A stretch of DNA of 64,000 nt from Eledone cirrhosa (taxonomy: Eukaryota), in the NCBI GenBank assembly GCA_964016885.1, contig OZ024740.1, forward strand, positions 76,446,001-76,510,000, written 5' to 3'. The notes below the pieces were generated by a model. It saw only the letters and a list, made by a program, of their open reading frames with translations, made no database searches and was not told the DNA's origin. Within the stretch, counting starts at the first letter, position 1, and every line of letters begins with the position of its first letter. A program made the translations under genes and the position numbers. This document shows positions 56,800 through 64,000 of the stretch, one piece after another.

Positions 56800-56986
56800 A
56801 TTGTTTCTACTTTTGGCACAAGGCCAGAAATTAACCCAGTGTATTACTGGTACTTTATTTTATCGACCCCATGAGGATGAAAGGCAAAGTTAACCTCGGC
56901 GGGATTTGAACTCAGACCGTAAAGGGCCGTAACTCTTTGCTGCAAAGCATGGTGTCCGACCCTCTACCGATACTGCCAATCCACCA
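56800..56986 (-). mobile_element. tRNA-derived SINE family A
   Basis: A/B boxes and core. Confidence 0.9.
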
Positions 56987-57111
56987 CGATATATGTAACC
57001 TCAGCATCTTATTTTGTTATTTTTATATAATTCTCCATCGTACCTAAAAACTGCGATTGTTGAGAGCTTTCTCCTGCTTACTCCTCTTTTTACCAAAACA
57101 ATCTTTTTCGA

Positions 57112-57171
<60 letters not shown>

Positions 57172-57420
57172 TATAGAAATGGCTTCTACAGGCCTAGAAT
57201 TGTTTATTTCAGGAGAAATCATCAGGAAGCCCAATGGCTATGTATTTTGTACCTTACTTACGGTGGGTACCCCCGATTGAACCTGCGATAAACTTATATA
57301 TATGTATATATCATTTTGGATCTAGTTGTCGAAACGGCCGGAATGTTTTCTATACCTTTCATATATATAATGTATATATATGCTTATGCATACATTCATA
57401 TGTAGAATTATACATACATA

Positions 57421-58025
57421 TATGGTGGCTGCCAACTCGTTTTCGAGTACGGCCACTACTTTATATCCATGTAGGAGAACCCCTACCGATGCGCTGAACG
57501 AGTGTGACTTTTTAGTCCAGCCAGCGACTTGAAAACTCTGGTACAAATACTACACTTGACAATTATTGACACATAGTGCTGGGCCCATGGTACCATGTGA
57601 CGACAAGAGCAGAGAGATCTCCAGATATAAAGCAATGCCTGTGGCGTGAAGCTTTTATAGTGAGCAAAGGCACTGCACAAAGCCAGTCCCACTCTCTTAA
57701 CCAAGATGATATTTACCAAAAAGAAGAACAAGTCAACATCATTGGATACCATCAGAGTTGCAGGTGTTATATCAGAGTTTTCCTTCTCCTAGAATTCTGC
57801 CTTGACAAAGGCTAAGGGGTCATCTCTCCCGGTGATTTTGGATGGCCATTGACTCTTAAGAGCTCCTTTGCTCTTTGACAGGTTTTGTATTTATTCCTGC
57901 AGGATGTCCAAAGTCACCCTCCTCACCAAGAAACCTTGGTGGGGTTGCCAGTTTAGTCGCCAACGACCCGACCATGGGACAGGTTGTACTGGAATACATG
58001 TTACCAGTAGCACCAACTGGTGACC
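57421..58025 (-). mobile_element. Non-autonomous RTE-derived bipartite element (longest copy)
   Basis: RTE-type 5'UTR motif joined to a C-terminal C2H2 finger remnant (CSICTRVFKSLAGLKSHTRSAHR), 3' hairpin ACTCGAAAACGAGT and (TA)n tail. Confidence 0.75.
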
Positions 58026-58289
58026 TGACATACGTACATACGTACATACACACATACATACACACTCGCGTACATACACATATACGTACGCAAATACACA
58101 CATGCACACATACATACACGCATACACACATACTAGAACACAGAGTGGAATCACCTCCACTAGCCCTCCACCCTCGCCCACTCAACTACCGTTTACCCTC
58201 CTTGGATAAACGACCCCCTTCGTCTTCAGACACTTCAATTCAATATACTATATTGTTATCTGTAGCTGTATACCATAGCAATCATCATA

Positions 58290-59938
58290 GCTTGCATATG
58301 TCTATTACCTACACACACATACACACACTCACATACATCTCACACACACCTTTCCTTCACACATACATACGCATACTCACATACACACACATATACGCAT
58401 ACATATACAGACACATATACATATCCACACACAAACACACACTCACATACATCTCTCTTACACACACACACAAGCACACTATCTTTCCTTCACACATACA
58501 TACGCATGCACGCACACACACACATATACGCAAACATATACGCATACATATACACACATACACACACACATATACGCATACATGTACACACACATATACA
58601 TATCCACACACATACACACACTCACATATATCACACACACACACACACGCGCGCAAGCACACTGTCTTTGTTTCACACATACATACGCATACACACACAC
58701 ATATACACATACATATACGCATACATATACACACATACACACACACATATACGCATACATATACACACACATACATATCCACACACATACACACACTCAC
58801 AAACATCTCACACACACACGCGCAAGCACACTATCTTTCCTTCACACATACATACGCATACACACATACACACACTCCTATACATCTCACACAGACACAC
58901 ACGCGCAAGCACACTATCTTTCCTTCACATACGCATACACACATACACACACATATACGCATACATATACACACACATATGCATATACACACACATACAC
59001 ACACATATATACATATACACACATATACACACACATATACATATACACACACATACACACACATATACGCATACATATGCACAAACAGACACGCATACGC
59101 ACACACATACACACATATACATATACACACACTCATACACACACATATACGCATACATATACACAAACAGATACGCATACACACACACACATACACATAT
59201 ACGCATACATATAAAACAGACACGCATACACGCATACACGCATACACACATATGCACACACTTTATCTCCCTCACTCTCACTCTCTCTCTCACACACACA
59301 CGCATATACACAGATACAGATACGCACACACAAACACACACACACACACACGCACACACACACTTTCTCTCTCCATATACACATATACACATATACAAAT
59401 ACAGACATACATGCACAAACACACACGCACACACACACACAGAGACACAGACAGGCACTCCCAGAGACACACACACACACGCACACACTTTCTCACCACA
59501 CACATATACACACATACGCATACATGCACAAACATACTCGCACGCACACACATACGCACACACGCATACACACTCTCTCACCACACACATACACACACAT
59601 ACGCATACATATAGAAACACACACGCCCTCTGGCACATCCACACACAACCGACAACACGCCAAACACTCATACATACACCAGTCAACATAACGCACGCAC
59701 ACAGAAGCTTCCATCAGGCAAACACACACACATACACAATAGCCACCATAGAGCATACATATTCTATAAAAGACACAACACATACTGTCAGACGCATACA
59801 CACCCCCACACACACTCACTTTCACATATACACACACATACACAATAGCCACCACATAGCATACATACTCTACACAAGACACAACACATACTGTCAGACG
59901 CATACACACCCCTACACACACTCACTTTCACATATACA

Positions 59939-59969
<31 letters not shown>

Positions 59970-60505
59970 TCACTTTCACATATACACATACATACACAAT
60001 AGCCACCACATAGCATACATACTCTACACAAGACACAACACATACTGACACATGCAGACACACACACAGACAGACATACACACATATACACACATACGCC
60101 ATCACGCAACGCACATACACCACAGCAGATACTTATATTCATACACATGTACACACGCATACGTTCCACACCCTCTCTCAACTGCATGCACACACACACA
60201 CACACACACTCATACACACACAAACTTAGGCACATAAACTACAGCAAATCACACACACACACAACAAATGATACACATACGCCACACACACACATTCATA
60301 CACCACTATGCAAGATATATTATCCATAGCACACACACAAATACATGCCACGTCACACAAACATATCCCCCACACCCACCCACACATACGCCACCACACA
60401 ACACACATACACCAAACACGTTCGCACACACATACGCATATATATATAACTCGACGACTGAGCTCCTGCCGTTTCAACAGCTAGATCCATTCTGATACAC
60501 GCACA

Positions 60506-60556
<51 letters not shown>
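58290..60556. repeat. Degenerate CA/TA-rich simple and minisatellite repeat block
   Basis: Direct reading; internal duplications (e.g. 59735-59830 vs 59843-59935). Confidence 0.9.
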
Positions 60557-60563
<7 letters not shown>

Positions 60564-60739
60564 AAGGAACAGTGTCAGGATTCCGTCGGCTTAGCTCCGG
60601 CTGTTTCGACAGCTAGATCCGAAACGGCCGGAGTTCAGCCGTCGGGGTCCTGGCTCTTTTCCTGTTACCCACTCTACTACCCTAAGTATTGAGTACTTTG
60701 GTGCGTTATGGTCCACCTGGTTCCTTACCACACATCCTT

Positions 60740-60792
<53 letters not shown>

Positions 60793-61259
60793 GAGAAGAA
60801 ATACCAATGATGGCTGGAAGATCACTGATGAGGGACAGTCCTGTCTTGTTCTAACTTTATTCATATATATATATATATACATACATACGCGCACACACGT
60901 ACACATACACACACAACATAGATACACCAATCAAATCATATGACAGGCATGCTTATAGACACACACACATATACGTACACACGCCACATACATACACCTT
61001 GCAAGACGCATCACACACGTCCGCACACATATACGTACACACATCTTATATACAAGATATAAGAAATATTACACATACAACATACACATATACCCATACA
61101 CACTCATTTCACATATGGCTCTCTCCACACCCGGCATTGTTGTCTGGCAGGAAACGAATGAAATGGGGAGTTAAAACTGAAGGTTCAATCCTCTTGCAAC
61201 ACATTCACACATACATTGCAACAGTTGTCACGTCTTCATATATTTGTTGTTAGCATGCC

Positions 61260-62230
61260 TTCTACATTTGTTGGTTGGATGGGACATTGTTTTCATGAGT
61301 GTGGCAGCTCGAGTGCCTACATGCGCTCACAGCACTCTACCAAGCGGAAACGGCAAGTGTGGCACCTCGAGTGCCTACAGGCACTCACAGCCCTCTGCCA
61401 AGCGGAAACAGCAATCAGCGGAGACTGCACTTCGACATTCTATGGGGGATTATTTGAGGATAAGTGCGACAAAATTCTCAGGGAAACTCTGGGCATCGTG
61501 CACGAACTGACCAGTCTGTTCGGGAGGACTTTCCGTCCAGTGCCTATGGATAACTTTCAGAGGTCTCTGGCCTGGCAGTGCTACCGAGGAGCTCTACCAG
61601 TTCGAGACAAAATCTACAGGCACGAACGCCCTGGCAGAGATCCTGCCAAAACGACCTGTCCAAGATGCGAGCAGGACATCGAAGCCGTTCTGCACGCAAT
61701 TGTTCAGTGCCCAGGGGTGACCGATCTGTGGAATTATGTCGAATAGCTGCTGTCACGTGTGGGACGCATCCAGTTGTCAGTCGACTCCATCGTGAGGATC
61801 ACCCTGCCGCCTTCATTTAAGAACGAAGGAGAGGCGGTTTTCCTCTGTCTGGTGGCCATGGCGAAAGAGGTAATATGGTGGACGAGGTTAAAAGGACTGA
61901 GGGCAAACACCTTTCTCTCCGGACAACAACTTATCCCCTTCTTTAAGTATCACTTCAGAAGGAAGGTGAGAGTGGAGAGAGAGGTGCTACACCCCAGTAA
62001 ATTCGCTGAAAGGTGGGTGAATGTGGCGAAAATGGCCCGAGTGAATGGGCCTTCTCTGTATATAAACCTGTAGGTTGAGGAAGATAAACAGAGGGAAGAC
62101 AGGAACACCTACAAAACGTGTTCCTGGTTTTGAGGGTTGTTCTATTCACGGGGTGTAAAACAACCCTGCAGTAACGTTGCCCCCCTATTGGGGATTTCAA
62201 TTGTTATTTTATTATATATAATTTATTGTT
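61260..62230 (+). mobile_element. Tx1 LINE 3' fragment (C-terminal zinc finger, stop at 62071-62073, 3'UTR)
   Basis: SLAWQCYRGALPVRDK..CPRCEQDIEAVLHAIVQC; homologous to ~3150-4170. Confidence 0.9.
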
Positions 62231-62422
62231 ATTTGTTAATTATGTAACTATACAACCTCGGGACGAAGTTCTAGCGGCTGAAACACGTGTTAGTTTAAAA
62301 ACGTATTAATTATTTGGTGCTATTTATAAACATGTTTCAGCTCTGCGTTAATCCCATTGCATTTGAACACCTCTGGTAATGTTTCAACCCAATAATAACA
62401 ATACTGTTATTATTATTTATAA

Positions 62423-62526
62423 TCCCGCCGAGGTTAACTTTGCCTTTCGTCCTTATGGGGTCGATAAAATAAAGTACCAGTAATACTCTGGGTTAATTGC
62501 TGGCCTTGTGCCAAAAGTAGAAACAA
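62423..62526 (+). mobile_element. SINE family A, 5'-truncated
   Basis: Core and 3' end GTAGAAACA. Confidence 0.85.
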
Positions 62527-62583
62527 TTATTTATATTATATATATATATTTACACACACACGCATATAATATATATATATATA

Positions 62584-62645
<62 letters not shown>

Positions 62646-62650
<5 letters not shown>

Positions 62651-63169
62651 ATACTTTGGGAGGGTCATGTTGCTAATAAGAAACACACGCACCAGTTGCT
62701 TTCACTTCAATTTATTTTAAATTAAATTTATAAATTTAGGAATTTATAAATTTCCGGTTGGTTGGTTGATTCCACAACCAGATGATTGTTCATATATTGT
62801 CAAAGTTCTTTCGTCACACATTCTGTGACCTCTTCAGTGACTGGGGATCCTTTTCTTTGTTTTTGTGCCTCTCCTTTGTAGGACATAACAAAGGAGAGGC
62901 ACAAAATCAAAGAAAAGAATCCCCAGTCACTGAAGAGGTCACAGAAAGAACTTTGACAATATATGAACAATCATCTGGTTGTGGAACCAACCAACCAACC
63001 GGAAATTTATAAATTCCTAAATTTATAAATTTCATTTATAATAAATTGAAGTGAAAGCAACTGGTGCGTGTGTTTCTTATTGGCAACATGACCCTGCCAA
63101 AGTATAACAATATCGGTTTCAACACACGTTTTCAGATAAAGAATCTTGCTAAACAAATTCAGAAACGAA

Positions 63170-63170
<1 letters not shown>
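62646..63170. mobile_element. Fold-back solo pLTR of the PLE at 38025-38900
   Basis: Arms ~62646-62877 and ~62890-63110; HHR 62799-62841 (-); the + arm lacks the 3' strand of stem II. Confidence 0.85.
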
Positions 63171-63200
<30 letters not shown>

Positions 63201-64000
63201 GAATCAAGGGAATGCAAGCATAGAAAATATCTTTAAATAAATTCTTTTAAATTCACTTTATTTACTGTATGTTCCCTTCCCACGGTTTCAAATCCCAAAC
63301 GAATAGATAATCCAAGCGGATTTTTATTGAGAAAGAGATTATCGAATATAAAATTCCCGAGTTAAAATTACAAACTGGTGCCATTCCAAACTACCTCAGA
63401 ATGAGAGCAAATGAATGATAAAGCAGTTTTGTCATGGTACCGTGTGCAAAGGCAAAAGCACGGTGGACAGGTCAATCCTGCACTGCTAAAAAAATATATA
63501 TATTACGTGTTCCAGTCGACAGGCACCACCATTCATGCTACGCTTTCTACAGCCAGCTTTCCTTGGTTGGCCATTGATTCAAAAGGGAGTTTGTGCTGCT
63601 GCCCTTATTTGCGCTTCGTCTCGAGCTGTGGGTTCTTCCAGGATCTTGGTCAACAGCATATATATATAATGGAAGGTTTTAGGAGTGTGTATAAAGATTG
63701 ATGTAGTTTACAAAGGCCACTACAACGCATACCATCTATAATATAGTTGAATAAAATCATATTATTCCTGGAGAAGGATAAAAAAGTGAATAGATTGGCC
63801 TGTGGAAACTGAACAACAGTACAGGGGTGTGCCAGAAGAAGGCCGTGTTACCATTACATAAGAATAAATCTGCCTCTTGTTTCCGTTAATTTAAAGCTCA
63901 TATCTTTTAATTAAAATCTTAATATGTCGACAATGAAGGCTTTGGGAGCGTGTAATAAGGTATTCGCTGTAGCAGCTTTACTAAAAAGCAAAGCACACTC

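Noticed and set aside
57875-60002. Long ORFs (579 aa, 498 aa) and the many YI/HT/CV-repeat ORFs elsewhere
   Set aside because: Translations of (TA)n, (CA)n and minisatellite DNA that lack stop codons by composition; no domain signal
62250-62345. GGGACGA...GAAACACGTGTT HHR-like motif; also CTGATGAGGGACAGTCC at ~60824
   Set aside because: Core degenerate in the first and GAAA half missing in the second
63480-64000. Unique-looking sequence and a 96-aa ORF at the window end
   Set aside because: Short matches to the RTE-derived 5'UTR suggest TE debris; no supportable gene

Overview
Eukaryotic, almost entirely repetitive DNA; the SINE types and (TA)n/(CA)n load suggest a coleoid cephalopod (inference). 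No host protein-coding exon is recognisable. Coding remnants come from Tx1/L1-clade LINEs, four families of Penelope-like elements (PLEs), RTE and CRE LINE fragments. Non-coding elements include tRNA-derived SINEs, two Tc1/mariner-type MITEs and a non-autonomous Helitron. The most striking signal is about 14 distinct families of type-I hammerhead ribozyme (HHR) motifs (over 25 copies, read by eye). Some lie in the 3' pseudo-LTRs of coding PLEs, but most lie in short non-coding tandem or fold-back elements within (TA)n tracts (retrozyme-like or solo pLTRs). Many have palindromic stem III, some have U3-A8 core covariation or long stem-II insertions, and many families share an RTYGAGYRCTYT motif. 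All structures were folded manually; no search or assay was run.
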